A DNA stretch of 64,000 nt, from NCBI GenBank assembly GCA_041687695.1, contig JAWLBL010000017.1, forward strand, positions 96,001 through 160,000, written 5' to 3'. Source of the DNA: Myxococcota bacterium (GTDB taxonomy: Bacteria > Myxococcota_A > UBA9042 > PHBI01 > JAWLBL01). A model generated the notes under the pieces. It saw only the letters and a program-made list of their open reading frames with translations. It was not told the DNA's origin and made no database searches. A program made the position numbers and the translations under genes. This document shows, in pieces, positions 1-8,919 of the stretch. The number at the start of each line of letters is the position of its first letter. The stretch's first letter is position 1.

Positions 1-371
1 GGGGTGCGCGCACCACGTCGAACGATCCGATGTGGCGATACGTGAACGTGCGACGCATCGTCAACGCGGTCATCGCCAGTGTGGAACGAGGTTTGCAATG
101 GGCAGTGTTCGAGCCCAACACCGAGTTCCTGTGGAAGAGTCTTCACAGGGAGGTGTCCGGGTTCCTGCTCGAGCTGTGGCAGCAGGGTTACTTCCGCGGC
201 CGCAGCCCAGAAGAGGCCTTCTACGTGAAGTGCGATCACGAGACGAATCCCCAGTCCGTACGTGACGCGGGTCAAGTCATCATCGAGTGCGGCGTAGCGC
301 CCGTGCGGCCCGCCGAGTATCTTGTCTTCCGAGTAGCGACCGAGCTGGAAGAGGTCGGCCCCGGCGCCTGA
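1..371 (+). CDS. Contractile tail sheath protein, C-terminal part (5'-truncated by window edge)
   Basis: Open frame from nt 3 reads GARTTSNDPMWRYVNVRR...WAVFEPN...EEAFYVKCDHETNP...GVAPVRPAEY, the typical sheath C-terminal signature of CIS/phage sheaths. Confidence 0.93.
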   Translation, partial: GARTTSNDPMWRYVNVRRIVNAVIASVERGLQWAVFEPNTEFLWKSLHREVSGFLLELWQQGYFRGRSPEEAFYVKCDHETNPQSVRDAGQVIIECGVAPVRPAEYLVFRVATELEEVGPGA

Positions 372-493
372 CGCCAGGACCGGGACCCCGGAGCCAACCG
401 GGGACAGGCGACCTCGCCTGGGGTCGATAGACCACAAGAGCAACGCCCCAGGGTCCCAATCTGCGGACCCTCAAGGCATCAAGGAGCGCAACG

Positions 494-1168
494 ATGGGTG
501 CTTCCGAATTCGCGACGGGAAAGCTGAGCGCCACGACTTCGGTGAAGGGCGTGAACCTCGGAGGCTCGGTCGGCGGGATGCTGGCGAACACGGTCGGGCC
601 CAAGGTGGATGCCCTCCTGGGGCAGATAGGCCTGGGCGGCCTGCTCGGGGGCATGCTCCGCACCGACCCGGACGTGCCCTACCACTACTTCCTCGAGATC
701 AATGGTCTGCAGTGCGTGCGGTTCAAGGAGGTCAGCGGCCTCAAGATGACGACCGAGCTGCAGCGGATGCGCGAGGGCGGTAACAACATCCACGAAGTGG
801 TGATGATCGGGCCGCAGAAGTTCGAGCCGTTGACCGTGAAGAAGGGCTTCTACTCCTCGGCCAGCGAGTTCTTCGATTGGATGCGGAGCATCCATGACGC
901 TGGAGCGGGCCTCAACAGCAAGCGGCGTCAAGACATCTCGCTCGTCGTGCTCAACACCAAGAGCGTCGAGGTCTGCCGCTTCAACTTCACCAACGCCTTC
1001 ATCATCGAGTACGAGGCGCCGTCCTTCAACGCGGACGCGAAGGAGATCGCGTTCGAGTCGATCAAGATCCACTACGACACCTTCGAGTTCAAGCCCGCCG
1101 CCTTCACGGACAAGCTCATCGGCGGCGCCCTGAGCGCGGGGATGTCCGCGCTCGGCAACGCCCTCTAG
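494..1168 (+). CDS. T4 gp19-like tail tube protein (Afp1/Afp5-like) with Gly/Leu-rich N- and C-terminal extensions
   Basis: DP..YHYFLEING..F.EVSGL....REGGNN...LTVKKG..FFDW...FNA...IAFESI gp19 tube pattern; AAGGAG RBS upstream; directly after the sheath. Confidence 0.88.
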   Translation: MGASEFATGKLSATTSVKGVNLGGSVGGMLANTVGPKVDALLGQIGLGGLLGGMLRTDPDVPYHYFLEINGLQCVRFKEVSGLKMTTELQRMREGGNNIHEVVMIGPQKFEPLTVKKGFYSSASEFFDWMRSIHDAGAGLNSKRRQDISLVVLNTKSVEVCRFNFTNAFIIEYEAPSFNADAKEIAFESIKIHYDTFEFKPAAFTDKLIGGALSAGMSALGNAL

Positions 1169-1200
1169 TCCTGGATTCCTGGCACCCTCGGAGCTGAACC

Positions 1201-4200
1201 ATGGACCAGCCGCACACGATTAGCGAACTGCTCGCCAAGGGCCGGACGCCCTCCGACGGAGAGCTGGCCGATCTTCGCCAGCTGGGGGCCTTCGCTGCGT
1301 CGATGTATGGCCGCTATCTCCATGGCCTGAACGCGGAGCGGACCCGCGCGCTCGGAGCGCGCCCTGGGGACTGGGCGCGGAACCTCAGCGGCGGGCTGGG
1401 GGCGGCCACTGCGACGCGGTGGAGCGAGGGGATCGGGCTCGGCAGTCAGCTCCTCGCCGACCTGTGGAGTGGCTTCTGGCAGGTCGGTGCGGGCGGCAGC
1501 GACGGATACCAGGGGCTCGATGTCGCCGACTTCGAGTGGATCGGCATCGAGGAAGAGGAGGCCGTTCAGATCGCGGCCGCTCCCGGTGACGACTCGATGC
1601 GCCGCAGGAGTCGTCCTTCTCTATTCGGCAAGCCCACGCAGCCGCGCCGCTCGCGACCCTCGGTCGCCGACACTGTCCGGGCCGCCAAGGACGGCGGCCG
1701 TCGCGCCACCGCTCCATTGACGTGGATGGACGGCGGCTCGGTGTCGCCCGAGGCGATCGGAGCGCTCATCGAGTCCGGACTGTTCGTCGCGGATCAGCTC
1801 GCGCCGACCACGCTGCTTGGGGGCGCCGAGGGCGACGCAAGCCGTGCGAATCGGTCGGCTGCAGGCGGACTGGACCTCCGAGAGCGGGGTGCTCTGGGAG
1901 TGCCTGACAGCGCCGTGCGGTCAGGGCCGGGGCTCGACCGCGCCGCAGGGTTCGGCAATGCACCCATCCTGCTGGACGGGTTGCGGGTCGATGGGCGTAC
2001 GCCGGCGCTCGCTTCAGGGCTTCGCCTGGCCAATGACGCCTTCGAGCCACAGGGGCCGCGTGGGACCGGTCTCGCCCTGACGGCGGGGCGGGCCGAGCGG
2101 CTCGCGGAGCTGAGCCCGGCATTGGCGGCAGCGCTCGCCCAGGCCTCTGCGCCGACCGCGCGACCCGTGTACGCGTTCTTCGATTCGGTCGAGGGCGAGT
2201 TCATCGCGTTGACCGACGAAGTGGTCGACGCAGGACCGCCTCGCGACGGAGGCGCGTCGGTGCCGACCCGCCGCAGTGCGCGGAGCTCGAGGGGCAGCAC
2301 TGCGCTCTCCTCGGGTTCCTTCGCTGCGGGCACCGCCGGTCCTTCGGCTCAGGCGCGCATGCAGCCGGCGCCTTCCGTCGCGCGGCTCGAGCGAATCGTA
2401 CCCGCCGCGCCAGCGACGTCTGGCGTGCGCGCTTACAACACCGCTGCGACGCCCGTGGTTTCGTCGTCGTTCATCCGAGGAGGTCACCTGGCCTCGAACC
2501 CGACCGGCCTCGTGTCGCCGCAGCTCGTCGGCACGTCGGCCGCGATGGGCGCGTCGGGCGTGGCCCGAGCAGGGGCTCCTCTGGCCCCGACGCTCGCCTC
2601 CGAACAGCCTGGGCGCCTCCCGATGGCTGCCCTGACTTCCATGGTGGCCGGGGGCGATCGGCCGTCCCCCCAGATCGCGCGACAGGTCGCCTACACGCCG
2701 GCTGGGCTCGCTCGGGCTCGCCAGCAGCGCTCCGCGATCGCGGCCCCTCGGGTGGCCCTCGTCGACGGCCAGTCGCTCACCGTCGCGCGCGGCTCGCTCT
2801 CGGGCGGAGACATCCTCGCGTCGGTCCAGACTCCGACGGACGTGGAGGCGACGCAGGCTATCCAGAAGCGCTCGATGGAGTGGGCTGAAACGACGGCCCT
2901 CCCTTCGTCCAGCCGGGCGCAGCTTACGGCCAGCGCGCCGCAATGGCGCCTCGCCGCCGACGCCGGACCCGACCTCCCGCTGGGCGCCGGGCTCTCACGC
3001 GCCGAGGCCTTCGCGGGAGCCGTTCAGCTCAGGCAGCCGTCCAAGCCGCAGACCGCGTTCACTCCCGTTGTCTCTCGCGAGTACGGCGTGACTGACGCCA
3101 CGAGCCGTTGGAGCCAGGATCCCGTGCTCGACGGCGTCGTCTGGATCGCGTTGGGCGAACAGACGCAAGGCGCGGACCCGCACGGTCTGCCGATGGCGAC
3201 GGTTCCGTCGCGTCGCGCCGTCACCCTCGCCAAGGCCGACACCGTGGCTCGGCTGGCGCATGGAGCGACGCTCGCCCGCTCGGCGCAGCCGACCGCCCCC
3301 GGGCAGGCGACCACCGACACCGATGGCTCGGTTGCGCGCGCTTCGGGTGCGGCGACGTTGGGACAGGCGCCCGTCGCATCGCGAGTGTTCGACGTTCAGC
3401 GGCAGGTGCTCGCCAATTCCTCGGCTGGGCCGTCGGGTCCGCTGAGTCGGGGGCTGGTGGATGGCGTGTACCTGCGGGCGCCCATGGCGGCCGGCAGGGG
3501 CTTGGTAGAGAATCAGGTCGACGAGGGACGCGACCGCCTGATGGCGTCGCCGGGTCGCGGAGCGGCCCTGACGTCCGGGCTCGCGACGGTTGGAGCCGCC
3601 GCTCAGCTGTTCGCCCGGGTCGCGCCTCGCGCGGGATACCTGAGCGCCGAGCTTTCGGACCTGCCGTTGGTGAGGGGGGAGGTTCGATCCCAGGACGAGG
3701 CCGTGACCGAGCAGGCGCAGCCTGGTCGCGCCGACGCGACGGGCGCTGAGCGCACTGCGGGATCTCAGCTCGTCGCTGCGCTCGGGAGCGGCCCCACGGC
3801 GCAGATCGCGTCGACGGTGAACGCGCTGCGACACGCGCGGATCGCGGCGCGGCGTCCAGTGAGCACCGCGCGTGAGAGCCTCTCGGTGCTCCCCGCCCTC
3901 GGTAGCGTGTTCCGTCACGAGGCCAGCCGCGCGACGGCGGCGCGGACGCAGCTGCCGCCCCTGGCGCGGCTCGAGCGCGGGCCCGAGGCTTTCACCCGAC
4001 GGGCGTCGACCTCGGCCGGCGCCCTGGGTTTGGACGGCGCCGACATCCTGTCGGTGTTGCGTGTGGCCGGACCGGAGCAGCGCGCTGAAGTGCGTCGTGC
4101 GTTGCGCATCTCCGGCTGGTCCGAGCCCGAGCTGCGGATGCTGGAGCTTTCCGAGACGGGTACGAGCGCCGCAGACGTAGGTGAGGCAGCCCTGTCCTCA

Positions 4201-6171
4201 GTCGGTGGCGTCGCTGGACGTACGACGACCCGAAGCGTGGGCGAGGCCGCTGGCCGTTCCGCGCCAGCGACAACGGCACGTTCGCTCGCTCGTATCCTGA
4301 CTGGCGCCGAAGCGCTTGCCGGTGACGCCGCACGGATGGGTGGCGAGGCGGCGGCTGCGATCGGCCGCGACCTCCCGATGCTCAGCGGCAAGGCTGATGC
4401 CTACTTCGGGGCTTTGGCGCCAGAACGGTCAGCGCGGGCGGGCGTTGCGTCGTCGATGACGGTCCGGGACGCCATCGGCGAGTTGCTGGGGCTGGCGACT
4501 AACGCGCCTGGCATGGCGAGCGATTCGCCGGTTCCGCAGAGCCTGCGAAGGGCCGTGTTGGCGCTCGCGAGTCGGGACGGCGGCGCCGCGAAGGCGACCG
4601 CGACTGGGCCGGCGGCCATCGCGCAGGGCCTTGCGAGCTCGTCCCTGTCCCTCGCGAACGCGGCGTCGCGCCTCGAGATGCGACCGGGAGATCGCGGGAT
4701 CTCGGACGTCGGGCGGCAGGCGATGGGGACGGCCGCCACCGGCGTGTCGGACGCGGGCGCTGGCGCGACCTCCCTCCTGAACCCGGCCTGGTCGCGCCGT
4801 GACGACCTGAACCTGGTCGCGGCCGAGCCGCAGCGTCCAAGCCTCGAGGATCGGGTGGTTCAGGCGCTGAACGCCTCGGTCGGAGGACCGGCGGGCGCCG
4901 GTCGTCTGCTCTCGCCGCTGCGTCAGGCGCGCGTCGTCGGCGACTCCGTATCGGCAGGGAATGCTCAGCCCGGCATTGGCGGCCCGTCGGCTGCTTCGTG
5001 GGGCGGGGCCGTCGCGCGGCTCGCCGACCAGTCGGTGGCGCTCGGGAGTGTGTTGGCGCCCGAGGTGATGCTAGGGGGCATGCGCGCGCCCGAGGTCGCA
5101 GCCGTAGCGGCGGGTCGGCCGTACCTGCGAGAGACCCCGGGAGAGTTGGCCGCGACCTTCGGTGTGGGTGAGCGGAACGCAGTTCCGTTGTCTCCGGTGG
5201 CGGAGGCGGGGCGTCCGGCGCGCGGCAGCCGTCGTGGACAGAACGGGGATGCGGCCTCGCCCACTGTCGGAGCGCAGACGAGCGCGGCCTTGCAGAGGGA
5301 CGGCGGGACGACAGGCGCTGGCAGGACGGCCATCGACGCGAGCTCGCCGGTCGCGAAGCTGCTGCGCCTCATCGATCCCAGCGGCGGTCGGCAGGTGCTC
5401 GGTCGTTCGCTGGCGGCGGGTGAGTTGGGCGCCCTCGTGCGTCAGCTGGGCGTTCTCTCGCCGGATCGGGTCAGCCACGACCGGGCGGTCGGGGACTTCG
5501 CCCTCGCGTGGGCGGGGCGCGTTGACGGCGCGCGGACGGGGCTCGACTTCGGCCTGTCGACGACGCGCTCCGAGCTGCTCGCGTTCTTCCGTAGGGGTGA
5601 GATGTCGCCCGAGGGCCGCGTAGCGGCCGAGTCGCCCATTGGCGATGCGGGCTTCGTAGCGCCGGCGGCCTCGGCGCCTCGACGTGAGGCGCGTGGGGGG
5701 CTGGCCGCTCCGGATCGCAGCCGGCTCCGCCGCGTTGCTTCGCACGTCCAGTCGAGCAGCGCCGGCGCATCGCGACCGCAGCACGGGGCGTCGGCCGCGA
5801 TGCGCGACCTGGACTGGAGCTATGTCAACACGGGGTCGACGACCTCGGTCGGCAACGCCAACCTGGGCGGCCTCGCCGCGTCCGTAGTCGGCGAGAGCGG
5901 GAGCGCCCGTGTTCCGATGCCCCTGGTCGCACCCGCCGTCAAGGCGGTCGCGCAGACGGCGCTCCTGAGTTCGAGAGCGGAGGAGTCTCCCGCAGCGCGG
6001 GTCAGCTCCAGCAGCGCCCCCGCTGGGGGGGCGTCTTCTCAAGAGGCAGCAACTCCCGCCGAAGCGCCTTCGCTGACCAAGGAAGCGCTCGAGGCCCTGG
6101 CCGTCGAAATGGCTGACCGCATCGCGCGGCGGATGAAGCGCGAGAAGGAGAGGACAGGATGGGCTTTCTAG
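1201..6171 (+). CDS. 1,656-aa Ala/Gly/Ser/Arg-rich low-complexity eCIS protein (putative tape-measure-like or lumenal protein)
   Basis: Long uninterrupted ORF between tube and LysM genes, overlapping the next start. C-terminal helix LEALAVEMADRIARRMKREKERTG resembles the end of the low-complexity proteins found at this position in eCIS loci. Confidence 0.7.
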   Translation: MDQPHTISELLAKGRTPSDGELADLRQLGAFAASMYGRYLHGLNAERTRALGARPGDWARNLSGGLGAATATRWSEGIGLGSQLLADLWSGFWQVGAGGSDGYQGLDVADFEWIGIEEEEAVQIAAAPGDDSMRRRSRPSLFGKPTQPRRSRPSVADTVRAAKDGGRRATAPLTWMDGGSVSPEAIGALIESGLFVADQLAPTTLLGGAEGDASRANRSAAGGLDLRERGALGVPDSAVRSGPGLDRAAGFGNAPILLDGLRVDGRTPALASGLRLANDAFEPQGPRGTGLALTAGRAERLAELSPALAAALAQASAPTARPVYAFFDSVEGEFIALTDEVVDAGPPRDGGASVPTRRSARSSRGSTALSSGSFAAGTAGPSAQARMQPAPSVARLERIVPAAPATSGVRAYNTAATPVVSSSFIRGGHLASNPTGLVSPQLVGTSAAMGASGVARAGAPLAPTLASEQPGRLPMAALTSMVAGGDRPSPQIARQVAYTPAGLARARQQRSAIAAPRVALVDGQSLTVARGSLSGGDILASVQTPTDVEATQAIQKRSMEWAETTALPSSSRAQLTASAPQWRLAADAGPDLPLGAGLSRAEAFAGAVQLRQPSKPQTAFTPVVSREYGVTDATSRWSQDPVLDGVVWIALGEQTQGADPHGLPMATVPSRRAVTLAKADTVARLAHGATLARSAQPTAPGQATTDTDGSVARASGAATLGQAPVASRVFDVQRQVLANSSAGPSGPLSRGLVDGVYLRAPMAAGRGLVENQVDEGRDRLMASPGRGAALTSGLATVGAAAQLFARVAPRAGYLSAELSDLPLVRGEVRSQDEAVTEQAQPGRADATGAERTAGSQLVAALGSGPTAQIASTVNALRHARIAARRPVSTARESLSVLPALGSVFRHEASRATAARTQLPPLARLERGPEAFTRRASTSAGALGLDGADILSVLRVAGPEQRAEVRRALRISGWSEPELRMLELSETGTSAADVGEAALSSVGGVAGRTTTRSVGEAAGRSAPATTARSLARILTGAEALAGDAARMGGEAAAAIGRDLPMLSGKADAYFGALAPERSARAGVASSMTVRDAIGELLGLATNAPGMASDSPVPQSLRRAVLALASRDGGAAKATATGPAAIAQGLASSSLSLANAASRLEMRPGDRGISDVGRQAMGTAATGVSDAGAGATSLLNPAWSRRDDLNLVAAEPQRPSLEDRVVQALNASVGGPAGAGRLLSPLRQARVVGDSVSAGNAQPGIGGPSAASWGGAVARLADQSVALGSVLAPEVMLGGMRAPEVAAVAAGRPYLRETPGELAATFGVGERNAVPLSPVAEAGRPARGSRRGQNGDAASPTVGAQTSAALQRDGGTTGAGRTAIDASSPVAKLLRLIDPSGGRQVLGRSLAAGELGALVRQLGVLSPDRVSHDRAVGDFALAWAGRVDGARTGLDFGLSTTRSELLAFFRRGEMSPEGRVAAESPIGDAGFVAPAASAPRREARGGLAAPDRSRLRRVASHVQSSSAGASRPQHGASAAMRDLDWSYVNTGSTTSVGNANLGGLAASVVGESGSARVPMPLVAPAVKAVAQTALLSSRAEESPAARVSSSSAPAGGASSQEAATPAEAPSLTKEALEALAVEMADRIARRMKREKERTGWAF

Positions 6172-6908
6172 ACACTGTGAAGTCCAAGGCCGGCGAGCTC
6201 AAGAGCACCGTCGACAAGAAGATGGCCGGTGCCCACCTCGAGCACACGGCGTGGGGGCAGCTCGTCAAGGCCAAGCTCGAGATCTTCGATCTCTACGAGA
6301 AGAGCGCGAAGATTGAGGAGTTTCCTTTTAGGTTCAATCCGACGACCTTGAAGGTAACGCGCTCGGCGACCTTCGAGGAGGTTCCGACCACGGCGACGGG
6401 CAAAGATGTTCGCTGGAAGAACACGGCGCCCACCAAGGTCGAGTTCGGAGATCTGTGGTTCGATACCTATGAGGAACGCGCGAACGTCCGCGACAAGTAT
6501 ATTCGTCCTCTTGAAGCACTGCTGGAGTACAACGCGACATCGCATCATGTGCCCAGTGTGCGTTTCGTGTGGGGCGACTACACCTACGACACGACGAAGT
6601 ACTACGTGAACGGTCTGACGGTCGAATACACGATGTTCCTGCCGACGGGTATGCCGGTGCGGGCCAAGGCCACCCTTCAGCTGACCGAGGTCAATCCGAT
6701 CAAGGACCAGCAGAAGAAGGAGTCGAAGGAATCGCCCGACCACGCCAAGATCTACACGGTGCGCCGGGGCGACACCCTGCAGAGCATCGCGTTGGCGGAG
6801 TACGAGGACCCGCGCGAGTGGCGACGCATCGCCTCGAGCAACGGCATCGACGATCCCATGTCGGTCAAGCCCGGTACCAAGCTCCTGGTGCCGCCCATCC
6901 TGAAGTAG
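6159..6908 (+). CDS. CIS tube-initiator protein with C-terminal LysM domain (Afp7/Pvc7-like)
   Basis: FRFNPTTL...LWFDTYE...VRFVWG...YTMFLPTGMPVRAKATLQLTE followed by LysM YTVRRGDTLQSIA..EY.DP..WRRIA..NGIDDP...PGTKLLVP. Confidence 0.9.
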   Translation: MGFLDTVKSKAGELKSTVDKKMAGAHLEHTAWGQLVKAKLEIFDLYEKSAKIEEFPFRFNPTTLKVTRSATFEEVPTTATGKDVRWKNTAPTKVEFGDLWFDTYEERANVRDKYIRPLEALLEYNATSHHVPSVRFVWGDYTYDTTKYYVNGLTVEYTMFLPTGMPVRAKATLQLTEVNPIKDQQKKESKESPDHAKIYTVRRGDTLQSIALAEYEDPREWRRIASSNGIDDPMSVKPGTKLLVPPILK

Positions 6909-6932
6909 CAAGCGGTAGGGAGGACAAGTTTC

Positions 6933-8099
6933 ATGTCCAGCTCCAATCGCGAGGTCTTGAGCCTCGTCGTCAAGTTCGACGGGGATACGGCCATCTCCGG
7001 GGACAACGGCTCGGTCGAGACGAAGGATGGCGATCACATCCTTCGGTTCCAGGTCGACCAACGCCTCGACAGCCCTGACTTCTTCTCGCTGGACCTCCAG
7101 ATGCTCAGCGAGGTCGATTTCATGGTGCTCGACAAGGTCAAGCCGGGGATGGCCATCGAGATCTTGGCTGGGTACGACACGGAAGCGACCCTCTTCAAGG
7201 GCGAAGTCAGCTACGTCGAGCCCTTCTTCCCGGCCGACGCCGCAGAGTTCGTCCGGGTGAGCGGCTACGACAAGTCGCATCGGCTGACGCGCGGCACCAG
7301 TAGCCGGACCTGGGGTGACGGCGTTGAGGCCAACGACGAGGTGGGCGCCATCGCTGGCCAGGTCGTCAGCGGATCGAAGGCGCGCAAAGGGAACACGAGC
7401 GATTCGTTGAGCGCCGAGACGGACACGATCTCGACGAAGCTCGAGTACTTGCCGCAGGTCGAGGTGAACGACTATCAGTTCATCCGAGGGCTGGGGCTCG
7501 GGGCGGCCCTCACGATCGACTCGAAGTCGGCGGATGATGCGGCGAAGCTCGGCTTCAAGAAGGTCACGATCACCGGGTCGCCCAAGGTCACCATCTGTCG
7601 CGAACATCCAGAGCCGACCGACGCCCGACAGGTCTTGGACGCTTCGTTCTGTCTGTCGACGGTGAAGCAAGTAGCGCGTGTCGAGGTGCGCGGCTGGAAC
7701 CCGAAGGAGAAGCAGCCGATCCTTGGAGTCGCCGAGGCCGTGAGCGAGGCGTTCGCTGGGACGACCGGCCCTGCGGCTGCAGGCAAGGCCCACTACGGCA
7801 GCAGCAGCAGCGGCCGGGTGCTCACGATTGTCGATCAGCCGGTCGCGTCGACTGAAGAGGCCGAGCTCATCGCCGCGTCGGTGCTCGATCAGCTCGCCAT
7901 GGATTTCGTCACGGCGGACGTGGAGATCGAGGGGGTGCCCGAGCTCATGGCGGGTGACGTCGTCGAGCTCAAGCAGTTCGGAAAGGTCTACAGCGGGACG
8001 TATCTGGCCGAGTCCGTGCAGCACGTCTACTCAGCGGCCGGTGAGATGCCGTACGTCTGCAGGATCAAGCTGGCACGCAACGCGGCGCCCGAAGGCTGA
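6933..8099 (+). CDS. Baseplate hub protein (phage late control D / gp27-like, the N-terminal half of VgrG); no gp5 spike domain
   Basis: GYD..HRLTRG, Q...NDYQF, VEVRGWNPKEKQPI, IEGVPELMAGDVVEL..FG..YSG.Y....V.H; the ORF ends after the hub with no OB-fold or beta-helix. Confidence 0.82.
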   Translation: MSSSNREVLSLVVKFDGDTAISGDNGSVETKDGDHILRFQVDQRLDSPDFFSLDLQMLSEVDFMVLDKVKPGMAIEILAGYDTEATLFKGEVSYVEPFFPADAAEFVRVSGYDKSHRLTRGTSSRTWGDGVEANDEVGAIAGQVVSGSKARKGNTSDSLSAETDTISTKLEYLPQVEVNDYQFIRGLGLGAALTIDSKSADDAAKLGFKKVTITGSPKVTICREHPEPTDARQVLDASFCLSTVKQVARVEVRGWNPKEKQPILGVAEAVSEAFAGTTGPAAAGKAHYGSSSSGRVLTIVDQPVASTEEAELIAASVLDQLAMDFVTADVEIEGVPELMAGDVVELKQFGKVYSGTYLAESVQHVYSAAGEMPYVCRIKLARNAAPEG

Positions 8100-8168
8100 G
8101 CCACAGCGCAAGAACGCGAAGTCACGGGGCGGCACCTGTGCGCGAGCGCTCGAATCCTAACAAGAACT

Positions 8169-8201
8169 AGGCCCACCCGCCTCGCGCTGGAGGGCCTTTT
8201 T
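8169..8201 (+). terminator. Probable intrinsic terminator after the hub gene
   Basis: AGGCCC...GGGCCT stem followed by a T run. Confidence 0.6.
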
Positions 8202-8240
8202 CGTTGTCGGGACGCGGTGTTGTGTGCATTTGGGGCTCGG

Positions 8241-8268
8241 TTGACAAGGCGCGGTGCTTTCTTATGAT
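8241..8268 (+). promoter_or_regulatory. Sigma70-like promoter for the baseplate operon
   Basis: TTGACA-16 nt-TATGAT, near consensus in a very GC-rich background. Confidence 0.7.
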
Positions 8269-8303
8269 GCCTCTCGTCCGCGCGGGGAAGAGGAGTGGCG
8301 AGC

Positions 8304-8495
8304 ATGGTCTCGGATTCGTATTTGGATGACCTCAGCCTGATCCAGGACGTCCTCGATGAGGTCGCGAACGGTCGAACCGAAGGGCATCCTTGCCCCTTCT
8401 GTGGAGGGGGGCCCCTCGATGTGAAGGCGGACGAGGCCCGCGTCGCGATCAAGTGCCCGGGTTGTCGCAAGACGGTCGAGGGGCGCTTCGCGTAA
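8304..8495 (+). CDS. Small zinc-ribbon protein (63 aa), first gene of the baseplate operon
   Basis: CPFC and CPGC pairs; AGGAG RBS 8 nt upstream of ATG 8304; lies downstream of the promoter. Confidence 0.72.
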   Translation: MVSDSYLDDLSLIQDVLDEVANGRTEGHPCPFCGGGPLDVKADEARVAIKCPGCRKTVEGRFA

Positions 8496-8520
8496 ACGAG
8501 CGTCGACTCGGGAGGGCGGC

Positions 8521-8919
8521 ATGAAGAACTTCTTGGGGCGCGGGTTTGGATTCCCCGTGGAGGTGGACGCGCACGGCGCCTTCGCCATGGCGGAGTTCGA
8601 AGAGAGCGTCCACCAGTCGGTCCGGATCATCATTGGGACGGCGCCGGGCGAGCGGCTGATGCGTCCAGAGTTCGGGTGCGCCATTCACAACCTGGTCTTC
8701 CATCCGAACGACCCGAACACCTGTGCTCAGGCCGCGATGGCTGTGAACGACGCGCTGGTGAAGTGGGAGCCGCGTATCCGGGACCTGTCCGTGCGGGCCT
8801 ATCCCTCGAGCACCGACGAAAACGCCATCTACATCACGATCGAGTATCGGGTGCGTAGGACGAACAACCTTCACAACCTCGTCTACCCGTTCTTCCTGCG
8901 GAGGGAGCAAGATCTATGA
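8521..8919 (+). CDS. GPW/gp25 family baseplate wedge protein (Afp9-like)
   Basis: FLGRGFGFP...IIGTAPGERLMRPEFGC...WEPRI...NLVYPFFL. Confidence 0.95.
   Translation: MKNFLGRGFGFPVEVDAHGAFAMAEFEESVHQSVRIIIGTAPGERLMRPEFGCAIHNLVFHPNDPNTCAQAAMAVNDALVKWEPRIRDLSVRAYPSSTDENAIYITIEYRVRRTNNLHNLVYPFFLRREQDL

Noticed and set aside
1201..6171. Giant ORF as a toxin effector
   Set aside because: No recognisable toxin or DUF4157-like HExxH motif; role left open
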